64,000 bases of DNA from Eledone cirrhosa (Eukaryota): assembly GCA_964016885.1 (NCBI GenBank), contig OZ024747.1, positions 64,666,001 to 64,730,000 of the forward strand. Reading direction: 5' to 3'. Below are positions 13,723 through 26,983 of this stretch, in pieces. Below the pieces are notes generated by a model. The model ran no database searches, was not told the origin of the DNA, and worked only from the letters and a program-made list of their open reading frames with translations. The position numbers were made by a program, and so were the translations under genes. Position 1 is the first letter of the stretch; each line of letters starts with the position of its first letter.

Positions 13723-13895
13723 ATAGGAAAAGATTCAGGACACCGACGGCTGAGCTCCGGCCGTTTCGACAGCTAGATCCGAACTCAGTCGTCGGGGTCC
13801 TGACTCTTTTCCTATTACCCATTCTACTACCCTAAGTATCGAGTACTCTGGTGCGTTATGGTTCACCTGGTTCCTTACCACACTTTCTTTGTTTA
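13723..13895 (+). repeat. Long hairpin plus 80-bp tail, probably a Penelope-type terminal-repeat micro-insertion
   Basis: ataggaaaagattcaggacaccgacggctgag pairs with ctcagtcgtcggggtcctgactcttttcctat. Tail shared with 11272. (TA)n on both sides. Confidence 0.55.
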
Positions 13896-14619
13896 TATAT
13901 ATATATATATATGTTCACATACACACGAGGAGGTGAATATACAAAACGTATAGTCGCTGCTACAAAACGAATATATCCAACAGCCGCTACTCGAAAAAAT
14001 ACTATCATTAGGTTCATCTGCTCTTTTCTCCCCATACATTCTGCTACCATTCTTAATACTAAAAAAGAATCTATCTAAATTATTCATTAGATGTCATGAC
14101 TTTAATATCAGCCCCTTGTATAGAATTAATAAGCAAAAACATCATTCAATATTCGACAATAGAATAAAGAATGTATTCATATAAATATGAACGGTTGGTA
14201 TGAATGATATTAATTATTCACAGATGTAAAGTCATTTCTAATCATATATTCATTTCTAACACCTTTAATTAGATTTCTTCGTTATTCGAAACTAAATGTT
14301 TATATATGAGGCAAGCGGCTTCTATTTTTATTAAGTTCCTGCAACACTTTTCGTTTTGGAGTACATTAAGCAGTGATGTTTTCATTCTATAAAGTGTAAA
14401 ACAATCTTGTATTTATTCCTGTGAAAATTCCCTAGGCTGGCTTATTATGGCTTTCACAGAATTTCTGAATTTTTTACCGTCATTGGTGTGAGAAATTCAA
14501 TATTTCCCTACGACAGCTCTGACATTAAAAGCGCACATGCATGTGCATTACAACGACTAAATTTAATATAAGATAACACGTGTCCAGATACTCAAGGATA
14601 GAATGCACATACACACATT

Positions 14620-14665
<46 letters not shown>

Positions 14666-15799
14666 AACGCACAAACGTGCACACGCAAACTCACAGAGCG
14701 AGAGGGAGAGATTTTAGACAGAGGTGAGAAAACGTGAAATGAAATATTAATATATACATCAGGGAATTCTAAAAACATCTTGATATCCACTCCTTAATAT
14801 CATACACCTGAATACGTTTATAATCTGCTAAGATAATATTCCGTAATATCGTTGCAGAATGCTGTCTCCAGCTACAACACGGCTCCAAAAGCCGTCCAAA
14901 GTCAGCAGCTGGGAAGTTACAAACTTGTCCAGCTAGCCAACTTGCTTAGAACGGAAGAACTAGGTGCACCAGGCTGGATGTCTTGTATAATGTTGTTCTT
15001 CGCCGCGCGGGTTCACGCCCACTATTCACATCGTCAACTTTACACTGACTGTCTTTACCTTGCTGCGAACTTCGCACCAACTCCTTTCATGGCCAATTCC
15101 ACCGGTTTAAATAGTCTAACTTCAGTAAAACGCACAGAAATCCCGCGCATCATGCTTCAAATCAGTCAAGCGTTCCGTTTTTCGTTTTTCCTCGCTTTCC
15201 TTTGTAGTGTTAAAATTTGAGTGATAGCATTTGCAACTTCTGATTGACTTTACAATCTCCTTCTTAGCAATATTTTTACCGAAAATAAATTCACTCTTTA
15301 TTCGTTAATAATTTTATCTTACTTTTCACTTTGTTTCAAATTTATTTTCATCATGGTCTATGATAACAACTCATTAGAGTTTTCTGTTTAGCTATATAAT
15401 TACTTTAAGATTTTTAATAAGATTATCTCTATTAATTTTTTGTTTCTCCTGAACTAGTAAGAAATTCTGTGTGATTCTGTAAAGTCTGCAAATATAAAAA
15501 AAAATATTGCATTTCTTTAGAAAATCGTAAGCCAATAAAGTAAGCGCTGTTTATTCTTTTTCTTCTCTTGATACCATTGAAAGTCTTCATGAATACAAAG
15601 TGCACATTTTAATTGATGCATACTCTTGTAAGGATAGAAATACAAGCGTATGACATATGTAATCAAATATGTCTGAATCGCAATAATTATTTATGAATTT
15701 TGTTTCAGAGTTTCTTAACTCTCTCAACAAAGAATTTGTCTTAGTTTTTAGAATGATCAACCACTGTTTCCACAGCTAAACGTTTGTATTAAATAATCT

Positions 15800-16150
15800 G
15801 CCGCGATTACAAGATGCCGAAATGGGGTACCTCCCTAGGATCCTTGGAGAAACGTTACTCGATAGACTGCATATCTCGGAGATCAGAAATTCACTCTGGG
15901 TAGAGCGGCTACTTCTCCGCATTGACAGATCACATTGCTGGACAGATTTAACGAGTAAAATCAACTGGCAGGAAACCCAGAAATAGACCCTGAGCAAGAT
16001 GGCTGGATAACATCCATGAGCTTGGCTGGTCTCGCTTGGGGATCCAGTGGGATCAGTTGGAGACGGATGCATCTGACAGGATCCGCTGGAAGGCGTTTGA
16101 TGACTCTCCCCCCATGAACCTCTCAGGAATAAGTGGGCAAAGAAGAAGAG
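15800..16150 (+). pseudogene. RTE-clade LINE 3' fragment (same family as 5790-6780)
   Basis: acaagatgccgaaatggggt...acgttactcgataga...gtagagcggctacttc matches 6390-6500; GAA tail. Confidence 0.85.
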
Positions 16151-17659
16151 ATGAAAACCATCTTAATTCCCCTCATCGCTGAATAAGTTAATTTATTATC
16201 CTTATTGTCCTTTATAGAGCAGTCCAAACATAGCATGTCATGTAACAATCACTTATTCAATTGCTAACCGTAAATGATAGTAGATTATATGTGTTGCCAG
16301 GCTGACGTACATTTAATACAAATGAAGATGGCAGTGTAACACTACTACAGAAAATTGATGCTACTAACAGGTGAGAGATCTGATGAAAGGATATGAGTGT
16401 ATTTACTGCCCTTGGAAAAAAAAGCTGTATAATTAAATTCTGAAATAGTATCATCGGTAAATTCATATAAAAATAATTTGGTGTAATATCTATATTTTCC
16501 TGAAATATTTCAAACTCAGAATGAGAAATCAACTTGCCATGTCACGTTAAACATATCAAAATGCAAATTTCACTTTATTCACGTAGCTTCAAATTCCAAT
16601 ACATTTATAACAGCTATTTCATTGGGCATTTTCCCTAACACTACGAATAGAGTTAACCATTGTAGTTATACTGATGTCTAGTATTGACAATATGTGTTCT
16701 AATGCTGATTGTAGCGTTTGGGGGGGGGGGGGGGGTTCTATCTATCGGTTTCGATGAATTATAAAGACGGTATCATCACTGGTGTGTTTGAAAAAAGAAT
16801 GTTAAAGACCCTGAAGTTAATGCGGCTAGTTATTTTGTTCTGCGCTCTATTGAGTCTACAATATGCCGTCCTACAACATTGTTATATAGAAATATTAACA
16901 AAAATAGCAGTAGTAGAACATAACTGAGTTCAAATGTTCATTTCCTTTTGATGTCCTCTATTCCTATATGAATCTGATTTATTATAGTACCATTGTAATG
17001 TATGGCATCAGAATGAATCGATACAAGCCAACAACAGCAGACGACTGCAATCATACTGACATGAACACAATTGTATAGTAATTATATTCTAACATGAAAA
17101 GCACAGTTAATAAAATTGTTTTGTTTGTTTTTGTTTTTGTGGGGTTTTTTTTTTTTTTTCAGAAAAAACTTTCTGCTGTCATATACAATACAAACATTTC
17201 AACAGAGCTTGCGAAAAACAAGGAGCGTTTCAAATATGTTCCCTTTGATATATTTTCTATAGAAATATGTTATTACGGACATTCCCTGATATCATATGGA
17301 AGATTCTACAGGAATAAGTAGATGTGATAGTTACTATCCTAATACAGTTTCAGCTGCGTGAAAACATGTATGAAATTGATTCTATGTCTTTACCATTGTC
17401 AATGAAAACGTATTTATTGCATAGCTAACATCTCTATCTGTTAGCTTGTAGATTTTATAAGCAGGAGGATTTTCCTAGTAAACGACGTTCTGATTGAAAT
17501 CACAAGAACGACGATGTTGCCTTTCATTCCTCAGTAGTTGATAAAATAAAGTCCCAGTTATGTGCCGGGGGTGGGGATATAATCTACTGTTACTCACCTC
17601 TCAGAATATTGGTCGTGTGGTTATTTTTGTTAAATTATTACCATTTATATATTAATTGA

Positions 17660-17960
17660 AGGCGGCAAATTGGCAGAGACGTTAGAACGTCAGATAGAAT
17701 GTTTTATGGTATTCGTTCCAGCTCTCTCAGTTCAAATCCCGCCAAGGTCAACTTTGCCTTTCATCCTTTCGAGGTCAATAAAGAAAGTACCTGTACTGGG
17801 TTCCATTCTTCCTCTATATTGCTTTCTCATTTTCTTTCTCTGGAAGAAATATGCTGTATACAGACCTGGAGGGGATGGGCTCCGCCAGGCTTAAAGTTCC
17901 ATTACGGTGCCCCTACGATCCTATCAGGAGTTATGGGTCCATACCATTTTAATTGAAGAT
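17660..17960 (+). mobile_element. SINE head/body with an alternative long 3' part
   Basis: B-box gttcaaatcccgcc and the standard body, then ggaagaaatatgctgta...ccaggcttaa...ctatcaggagtta, shared with 18725-19038. Confidence 0.7.
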
Positions 17961-18499
17961 TTAACAGAGAGTTATGTACTGAACATATTGTTAACATTCG
18001 TGTCACCAATACCTGGATGCTATTGAAAATGTATCCTGCGAAATTACCTAAACGGGTATATTGCAGTAGTGAGACGCATGTTTGACATGTCTGTAATATT
18101 AACGCTCTATATGTATATATGTATGTGTGCCAATTTATTATATATACATATGTGTGTGTGAGGGGGGTTGTGTGTATGTGTGTGTGTGTTTATGTGTGTG
18201 TGTGTGTGTGTGTGTGTTGTAGTAGTAGCAATAATAGGTAGATAAACATGTCCAAGGTATAGAACAACTGAAGTTCGTAGGCAGAGCTTGCATATAATTG
18301 TTAAGGCCAGTTACCGCAACGGCGCCTTACCAGATGACAAACTTGTTCAAATTGTGTCGATAAAAATGAACCGGAAAAAGTTTACAAATGAACCGGATAA
18401 AAATGAACCGGAAAAAGAAAATACAGAACAAAGAGAGAAGAGCACAAATCAAGGGAAAATGATCTGGATCTTCTAGGGTAGTCAATTTGATCGAAAAGA

Positions 18500-18710
18500 C
18501 GCTAGCAAATGCTACAATTTAGACGGACCAAATATTTGCAGTATTTATCCCACGTTTTTACATTCTGAGTTCAAATCCCATGGAGGTTAAATTTGTCTTT
18601 CATCCTTCTGGGCTCAATAAAATAAAGTACCAGTAAAGTACTGTATCGACATAATCGACTTTCCCCATTCCCCAATTTTCTTGCCTTCTACCAATATTAG
18701 AAATACATAT
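18500..18710 (+). mobile_element. Diverged SINE
   Basis: ctgagttcaaatccc, ctttcatcctt and ataaaataaagtaccag motifs. Confidence 0.78.
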
Positions 18711-18724
18711 TTTACAATATTTAG

Positions 18725-19038
18725 GGGCCTTATCTCAAAGGAGTATGTGTATGGTCATGTAACTCCTGATAGAATCGTCGCGGCCTCCAATTGACACACA
18801 GCGTCTCTTAGTCATGTTAAGCCTGGTAGAGCTCACTCCTGTTCAGGCCTGAATACAGCAGATTTCTTCCTGAGTGAGGAAGAATCAACCCCATAGTAGA
18901 CTCGTACTTTTTTAGCGGCCTCGAAAGAATGAAAGACAAATTTGACCTCGGCGGGATTTGAAATCCGAAAGCAGAGAGCCGGAATGAGTAACAAATCATT
19001 CTATCGGACGATCAAACGACTCTGCCAATTCGCCGCCG
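18725..19038 (-). mobile_element. SINE with an alternative long 3' part
   Basis: Reverse-complement homologue of 17660-17960. Confidence 0.7.
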
Positions 19039-19283
19039 TAGAAACATTTATTTTACTATAATTATTGTAAACGGAGGGATAGAAATTTAGTTAAAATTCC
19101 ATTTTACTGACATATCTTACGTTGAACTTTTAATATTGTCCATAATCTGACATACATAGAATTATACATTATCACAAAATACGATTAAATGCAGTATTTT
19201 CTTATAAGTTATCGATTTCTTATTCAGAAAATTATCAAATAAAGATGCAATGTTTTTTCTTTTCTTTCATAAATGAATAATTC

Positions 19284-19372
<89 letters not shown>

Positions 19373-19933
19373 TATATAGTTATACATATATATATATACG
19401 TATATATACTTATATATATGGGCGTGTGTGTGTGGGTGTTGTATATATGTTTGCATGAATGTATAAGTGTGTACGTGTATGTGTGCCCGTATGTATATAT
19501 ATATATATACATATTTACATATATGTTCATATATATATTTGGATTTATGAAATATGTATTTATGTAGCAGAAACACCTTTCAGCACATTTGCCATTATAG
19601 ATTTTGTTTCATTATGAAATGAATTGTTAAAATAAGTTAAAACAATAACACAATAAAAAGATTACTTATATTATATTTCTCAAGGCGACTCTCTAATTTA
19701 ACTTACATGTCTTTTCAGAACTTTCGTCTTGCGTCACTATTGAAACTGTTGAATGCGAGCGTATGTATGCATGTATGTATGTATGTATGTATGTATGTAT
19801 GTATGTATGTATGTATGTATGTATGCATGTATGCATGTTTGTATGCATGTTTGTATGCATGTTTGTACGTATCTATGTATATATATATGTATGAATGAAT
19901 GAATTAATGTGTGTATGTATGAGTATAGTATAT

Positions 19934-19965
<32 letters not shown>

Positions 19966-20549
19966 TCCTATACGTTATTTTGAATGTGGTGTGTAAATAT
20001 ACAGAGTTTATCTTTGTTTTCATACAAACATTTCATCTTAACGGCAATCACCTGGAAATTTAAGAATATTCAAGAATAATTGATTTAGAAATATCCACAT
20101 ATAATGTAGCAGCCGAATTCTTGACGTACACCTGTTATATTAGCCTTACGAATTAGTGGAATGTACCTGCCATATTACTAGAATCACTTTTGCCAATTAA
20201 GCAAATTGGTAGGGAAACTCGAAATCTAATCCAGGACAACAAACACTTTCGCTGAAAGATCTGCCTGTGTCATAAATTCATACACATCATATACACAGGT
20301 TCTATTCTGTTCGCCCAAACCACTAATGGGATGTTCGTTTTGCTAATCAAAATACACGTAGTGATTAGGTTTCACTTCAGTTTTATTAACCAACCAATTA
20401 ATACATCAATCAGTTGATTTGTCAATTAAGTGTCACACCCTGTAACCTTATCGATGAAAATTGCCCTGATTGTTTCGTCTTCGTCCACACATACATAACA
20501 TTTTTAGTTTGTCTTCTTTCACACCTTGACACGAATTCCTGATATGATA

Positions 20550-20670
20550 TATAATTATTTAACGCCATATATAAAATTCCAGTTGTCATGTGGGTAGGTA
20601 AGGCCTATTTATATAATTATCTAACGCCATATATAAAATTCCAGTTGTCATGTGGATAGGTAAGGCCTAT
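20550..20670. repeat. ~61-bp direct tandem duplication
   Basis: tataattat(t/c)taacgccatatataaaattccagttgtcatgtgg(g/a)taggtaaggcctat occurs twice. Confidence 0.92.
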
Positions 20671-21175
20671 GTGTAGGCATTTTCCTTCGCAAAAGCACAG
20701 TAGAGGTGAATACTGCTTCCATAATTTCGACGTAACCAGTATGACAAGTGAAGAATTAGATAGATGTTCTAGTCCAGTACAACAGAACAGTAGAAGATAG
20801 AAGGAACTTATTGGTAGGCAGAGTCAATAGTCTGGTTGGTAATGATCATCAGCTACATACATATTTCCGTTGAAGTGTGACATGACAATGGCACTGGAAG
20901 GGCGAAAGATTTGATAGTACCAGCACCTCCCCCATCACTCATATGTATATATCGATCAATCACTGTATATTTTAGAAAATATATATTTTCATTAGCTCTG
21001 ATAGTTGGCAGGTGAACAGTAAACTGCAATGATGAAGAGTAATCACCTAGAAACATTAGTATCTGTAGTTCTGTTTACATGCCAACACAAGAGTAAGAAT
21101 GAGGGGCTCATTCTATTAACATGGCTTAAAGAGGCTTGTTTGCATAATTGAAAACGGATCGAATGTTATTATTAG

Positions 21176-21365
21176 GGCGGTGGATTGGCAGTATCGGTAG
21201 AGGGTCGGACGCCATGCTTTCCAGCATAGTTACGTCCCTTTACCATCTGAGTTCAAATCCCGCCGAGGTTGACTTTGCCTTTCATCCTTACGGGGTCGAT
21301 AAAATAAAGTACCAGTAATGCACTGGTAATTGCTGGCCTTGTGCCTAAAGTAGAAACAATTATTA
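21176..21365 (+). mobile_element. Full-length tRNA-type SINE (~190 bp), octopus-like family
   Basis: ggcggtggattggcagtatcgg head, gagttcaaatccc B-box, gcctttcatcct..ggggtcgataaa..agtaccag central block (resembles the Deu/Nin-type domain), ATT tail. Confidence 0.9.
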
Positions 21366-21419
21366 ACATTCGAGAAACTCAGATTACATTTATTGTATTC
21401 AACCACGTAGAGCGATAAT

Positions 21420-21472
<53 letters not shown>

Positions 21473-21487
21473 ATATATAAATATATA

Positions 21488-21552
<65 letters not shown>

Positions 21553-21591
21553 GATATTAATAAATGGAAACTATATTCATAAAACCATATT

Positions 21592-21656
21592 TATTTCATT
21601 ATATATATTTCAAGGATACCAAGTTAAATTATGGTATGCCTTCATCAGACAAAATA
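21592..21656 (-). ncRNA. Minimal type I hammerhead motif in a ~140-bp dispersed repeat (21555-21690)
   Basis: Minus strand: UAUUUUGU CUGAUGA AGGcAUACCA..UGGUAUCCUU GAA AUAUAUAU A AUGAAAUA. 8-bp stem I, palindromic stem III, then AAUAAA. Confidence 0.68.
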
Positions 21657-21913
21657 CAATATATAACAGTTTTATAAATAGACATTGACGTACACTTTTA
21701 AAAAGTGACCGTTGCTTTTGGAGGCCAGCAGAATAGTGGTTTGTTTACTTTAGTAAGTCATAGTGTTAAGAGTAAGTGAAAAGATGGAGAGAGAGAGAGA
21801 AACTTGTAGAAAAAGAAAGCGAGAGATAGATAAAGAAAACGAAGAAAGCAAAAAGAAAAGAGAACAGAGGAAAATAACGGGGAGATATCAAACCATCAGA
21901 CAGAGAAAAAAAA

Positions 21914-21949
<36 letters not shown>

Positions 21950-21974
21950 ATAGAGGTGTAACACACGAGTTATG

Positions 21975-22285
21975 ATATATTGGTAAAAGAAAAAGAAAAT
22001 GCTGACAAATTGTTCCCAGCGAAAAATAGTTTAATTAGGAATAAGTAAAAATTAGTAATAAGTATTGTTAGTATTCAGTTTTGGCTTTAAGTTTTTACCG
22101 GTTGCGCATTTCTAATGCTTTTCAAAAATAATTTTGAGATAGAGCGCACGTGACGTTTGCTCTAATCTGATTAGTTTTGGAAATTCTACCTGAATACTAT
22201 CCAATACTTATTACTAATTTTTACTTATTCCTAATTAAACTATTTTTCACTGGGAACAATTTGTCAGCATTTTCTTTTCCTTTTA

Positions 22286-22295
<10 letters not shown>
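21975..22295. repeat. ~105-bp inverted repeats enclosing a decayed U3-A8 hammerhead motif (22093-22128, minus)
   Basis: 21975-22078 pairs with 22190-22295. The spacer minus strand reads UUU UUGAAAA GCAU uagaa AUGC GcA ACCGGU A AAA. Confidence 0.8.
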
Positions 22296-22337
<42 letters not shown>

Positions 22338-22497
22338 AAGAGCGAACGAGATACGGACAATATACCTATACATACATATATATATATAACATTTAGTAAA
22401 TGCTCGGATCTATTCATTAGAATTTTTGAACTTTGTCTCCAGGTAACATAGCACAAGTCTGTGATTTTTTCAGACATGACTTCTATAAGTTTGTTAC

Positions 22498-22551
<54 letters not shown>

Positions 22552-22562
22552 GGAAGGTAAAG

Positions 22563-22628
<66 letters not shown>

Positions 22629-23066
22629 GAGGTGGCTATATAAACGCTGTGTAATAAACCAGAGTGACTGTCGTAGAAAAATAAAACATTAGAAAGAGAG
22701 AGGGAGATAGAAAGAGTTTAATCTGAATATCTGAATACAGATAAAATAAATCATGACTATATTGTACACGGAGCAGTGTTCGTGTGCCCACTATAACCCT
22801 ATCAGAAACGCTTGTGTATTGTTACTTTTACAAAATTAATTTGTAATATCAAACATTATTCGAAATTAATTTTCTTAATAAATATTTTTACGCATGCCAG
22901 AAGCTTGTTCTAATTAAAACAATTTTATTAATTATCATTATTCTCACACTGTTCATAAATTTAAGCCTCAGGTGTATCGTCATAATTATCACACAAATGC
23001 CTAATCGTATTGAAGTATGTATCTATATTATATTATATCATATTATATCATTATATATTATAAATG

Positions 23067-23099
<33 letters not shown>

Positions 23100-23488
23100 A
23101 TGTAGGAGTATGTGTGTGTGTATAGGTGTGTGTGTGTGTGTGTGTGAGTGCGTGTGTGTAGTGCATACAAATTATCACAACTATATATTGATAATATCAA
23201 ATACATGCATGTATACATATATTGCATTTCTTAGTTATATATAACATTGTCGTGGTTTATCCTCAGATCAGTCTTGATTGAGAAGACTAATTATCAAGTC
23301 ATTATTCTCATGATAATCTCATTTAATTATTGGCTTATTGCTCCTAATAATTGAACTCCGCGATATGTCTCCGCTTCTGAAGAAGACAGGGTGCGATATG
23401 TCAACTTTTTACTGGTATTTCTAGCAACTCAAAGAAGCACGAAAGTGATAACCTCATTTGCTTGTTCTCAAAATATAACATGCATTAA

Positions 23489-23866
23489 ATAATTGTTTCT
23501 ACCTTTGGCACAAGGTCAGCAATTACCTCAGTGCATTACTGGTACTTTATTTTATCGACCCCGTAATGATTAAAGGCAAAGTTAACCTCGGTGGGATTTG
23601 ATCAAAGACCGTAAAGGGCCGTAAATCTATGCTACAAAGCATAGCGTCCGACCCTCTACCAATACTAACAATCCACCTCCTATTAAATAATTGTCTCTAC
23701 TGTTGGCACAAGGCCAGCAATTATTCCAATGTATTACTGGTACTTTATTTTGTCGACCCTGTAAGGATGAAAGGCAAAGTTAACCTCGACGGGATTTGAA
23801 CTCAGACCGTAATGTGATGTAATTATGCTAGAAAGCATGGCGTCCAACCCTCTACCGGTACTGCTA
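23489..23866 (-). mobile_element. Two tandem SINE copies (23489-23681, 23688-23866)
   Basis: Each is the reverse complement of the 21176 consensus. Confidence 0.9.
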
Positions 23867-24587
23867 ACACAGATCATTTCGTCACATTGTACATCTCAAC
23901 CCTCCAAAAATGTCTAAATGCTTTGAGTTATGTCTTCAGACCGACATTTGAAAATAATATAAATCACTTCTAACCAGTACGTTTGAGAAGACATTATGTC
24001 ACCGAAAATGTCTAACATGTTTGGAAATAGGTCCACATCTGGCATCCTGTTTACTAATGAAGGTTTCTTTTCTCTCAAGCATAAAGATTTCTTGTTGGGT
24101 CCGAGGCGAACATATTTCTTAATTACTTGGCATTATATTTCATTTTTCTTCAAAGTTTCTTACATTTTTCACTAGGGGGTTCTATTTGTTCTCCAGCCAA
24201 ATGGCAATTTTTAATTCCTTGTCAATATTTTACGTGCTGTGCTTTATTCTGTACATCACGTAACTGAACTGATGAAATTTAATTAAGTGGAAACCATCTT
24301 TCTTACTTAATATCTCTCAGTCCTTTCCTCATTCTCTCTCTCTCTCTCTCTTTCAAACTCCACCACTTCCTCTTTCTCTCACAAAAACTCTTGAATCTTC
24401 CATTGCTCCTTTTTCTCCTTTTCCCAAGCATTTAACACTAAAATTTATCCTAAATCGGATTTAAAAAATATAGATTCAGGCAATTTATTTGTATTGTTAC
24501 GTTGTGATTATATTATTAAAATAGCGATTTAAACATACACATACACATACATGACACGTACACCCACACACACACACACACACACGC

Positions 24588-24677
<90 letters not shown>

Positions 24678-25018
24678 AGGAAGAAGCGAGAGTAGCAATG
24701 CTGCATGAATTTTAAAGTACTCTGTATATGAATCAATATGCGTATGTAGAAAACATGTTTAGTATTACTTTAAAATAAAGAGTTTTCCATTCAATCGTTC
24801 AATAGCTTTGGGTGAAGATCATACCGACTAGTTTTGGCCACACGAAAAACACTGAGATTTGTCCACTTATGGAGAACCGTTAATTCATGTCTCAAGTAGT
24901 AGGTTCCTACCCCATTCTATGTTACACAAAGACTTTCGGTTTAAACATGGTGTTTATTAACTGTAAGCATTTGATGTTATATCTATTCATCTATCTATTT
25001 ATCGATCTTTCTATCTCT

Positions 25019-25049
<31 letters not shown>

Positions 25050-25054
25050 GTATG

Positions 25055-25133
<79 letters not shown>

Positions 25134-25307
25134 ATATATATATATATATATCCAGGGAGTGTAACTTGGAGTTACTGTAGGTTCACCCGGGTGAGCACTC
25201 GATGTTCAGGTTCACTTCAGTGTCGAGGTGTAGAGCTAGACAGAATGTATTATAGTTAAATAAGATAACAAGGACGATTGGTTACTCCTTCATTACGTTT
25301 ATTGGTT

Positions 25308-25392
25308 GGTGACGCGCGTTTCGCCACTGACCAGCTCAAGGTTCGATCTGTATCGATCTGACCTGACTTTGTAATCCGCAGCTCGTCAGACC
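25308..25392 (-). ncRNA. Type I hammerhead ribozyme with extended stem II
   Basis: Minus strand: GGU CUGACGA GCUGC..(~50 nt)..GUGGC GAA ACGCGCGU C ACC. GUC cleavage triplet; AAUAAA shortly downstream. Confidence 0.82.
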
Positions 25393-25816
25393 CCTTGCAA
25401 TGTTAATGGAAGAATGAATACATGCTGTATGATAAAGTCAGAAGTTCCAATGGTGGTCACTGAAGTTTGTTTTGGTTGATGGATTAGTTCATGGGGATGT
25501 CTTTGCCCTGTAGTGTATGTAGGGGGAGTAGGTGTGGTGATCAGTTGGTGGTGTCGATCGCAGGTTGAAGTGGACGGTGGTGTGGGGGTGTTGGCTGTCG
25601 GTCGACTGTTTGGCATGTAGATGTGGCTGATTTTTGTGTGTGGTGTAGTTGTGGTGTTGTTGTTTGTGATAAAGATGAAAGGTGTTTATGGTTGTGCGAT
25701 GATTGTGTTCGTCGACTCATTTCCATAAGGAGATAGATACATAAACACACTAAGTCTGACAAATACGTCGAATAGATACACATGTGTATGTATATATATA
25801 TATATATATATGTATG

Positions 25817-25870
<54 letters not shown>

Positions 25871-26403
25871 GGGGATGGCGTTCATACAGATATGTCTACA
25901 CACAGCCACACACACACTCGTTGTTTAAGGAGGGATGATATGTGTTGGTGATGTTGATGTTGATGGTTGTGTAAGTATGGCGATGTGCCTGGTGCTGATG
26001 GTGGTTGCGACATGATATTTGCAGGGTCGAATGTTACGATGGATTACAGGTTAAAGAGTGACTTAGGGAACACGGGGTACTGGACTGAGGGATGGTAGAC
26101 GTATGGCAATGTGTTTGGTGCTGGTGGTGGTGGTGTTGTTGGTGGGGATGAGTTGTTCGACATCATTTTTACAGGATCGGATTATACGATGAGTTACAAG
26201 TTAATACCTGTCAGAGAAGACACATCGAACACAATAGTATTGCGATGAGGGATGTATGGCGATGTGTTGGTTGGTGGTGGTGGTGGTGGGGGTTAAGGGT
26301 GCGACATCATATTTATAAGATCTGATATTACCATGGGTTACATGTTATAGAAGACAAATGTATTGAGATGAGGGACGGTGTGGAAAAGCAAAGTTGGTTA
26401 TCC

Positions 26404-26788
26404 CTACGTTGGATCAGGGTTAGTGTTTGGCCCTCGGCCGAATGTTTGTGCAGAGAAGTTGGTCATTCTGGTGTGTCTGCAGTTTATAATAATGTCAGAT
26501 CTTGAGTTTATGGCCGATTTCAATTTAATGATCTGAGCCGCTTCGGCCGGGCATAGTCTGCAGTGGTTTTTTGTCGTTGGGGAGATGGGCCACACGTATT
26601 TTAACTGACCACTTGATCTGGTATTCCAAGTTCTTGTTTTTGAGGTTCCAGATCAAGTCCGCCAGTCTTGTTTGGGATCGTTTGGGCCTGTGTTTGAAGG
26701 AGCTTTTGTGTTTATACCAGAGTTCCTTAAACGTAGTCGATGTCACGCCTATGTAGGAGTAATCTTTTTGGCCCGCTGTGACATGCAA
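26404..26788 (-). pseudogene. Penelope GIY-YIG endonuclease C-terminal fragment (frameshifted)
   Basis: YIGVTSTTFKELWYKHKSSF..TRLADLIWNLK..IKWSV, then in another frame CRLCPAE..INSRSDIIINCRH. Confidence 0.9.
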
Positions 26789-26898
26789 ACATATCCCTAT
26801 GAACTAATCCAGCAATCAAAACAAACTTTACTGAACACAATTGGAACTTCTGACTTAATCATACATCATGTATTCAATCTTCCATTAACATTGCAAGG

Positions 26899-26983
26899 GG
26901 TCTGACGAGACGCAGATTACAGAGTCAGGTCAGATGTATACAGATCGAACCTTGATCTGGTCAGTGCCAAAATGCACGTAACC
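26899..26983 (+). ncRNA. Decayed hammerhead in the inverted arm
   Basis: ggt ctgacga is retained; GAAA and stem III are mutated (ccaaaatgcacgta acc). Confidence 0.5.

Noticed and set aside
21176-21265. tRNA gene from the A/B-box motifs
   Set aside because: No cloverleaf; it is the head of a multi-copy SINE.
24266-24300. ctgatga...gaaac spacing
   Set aside because: No supportable stem II or stem I.
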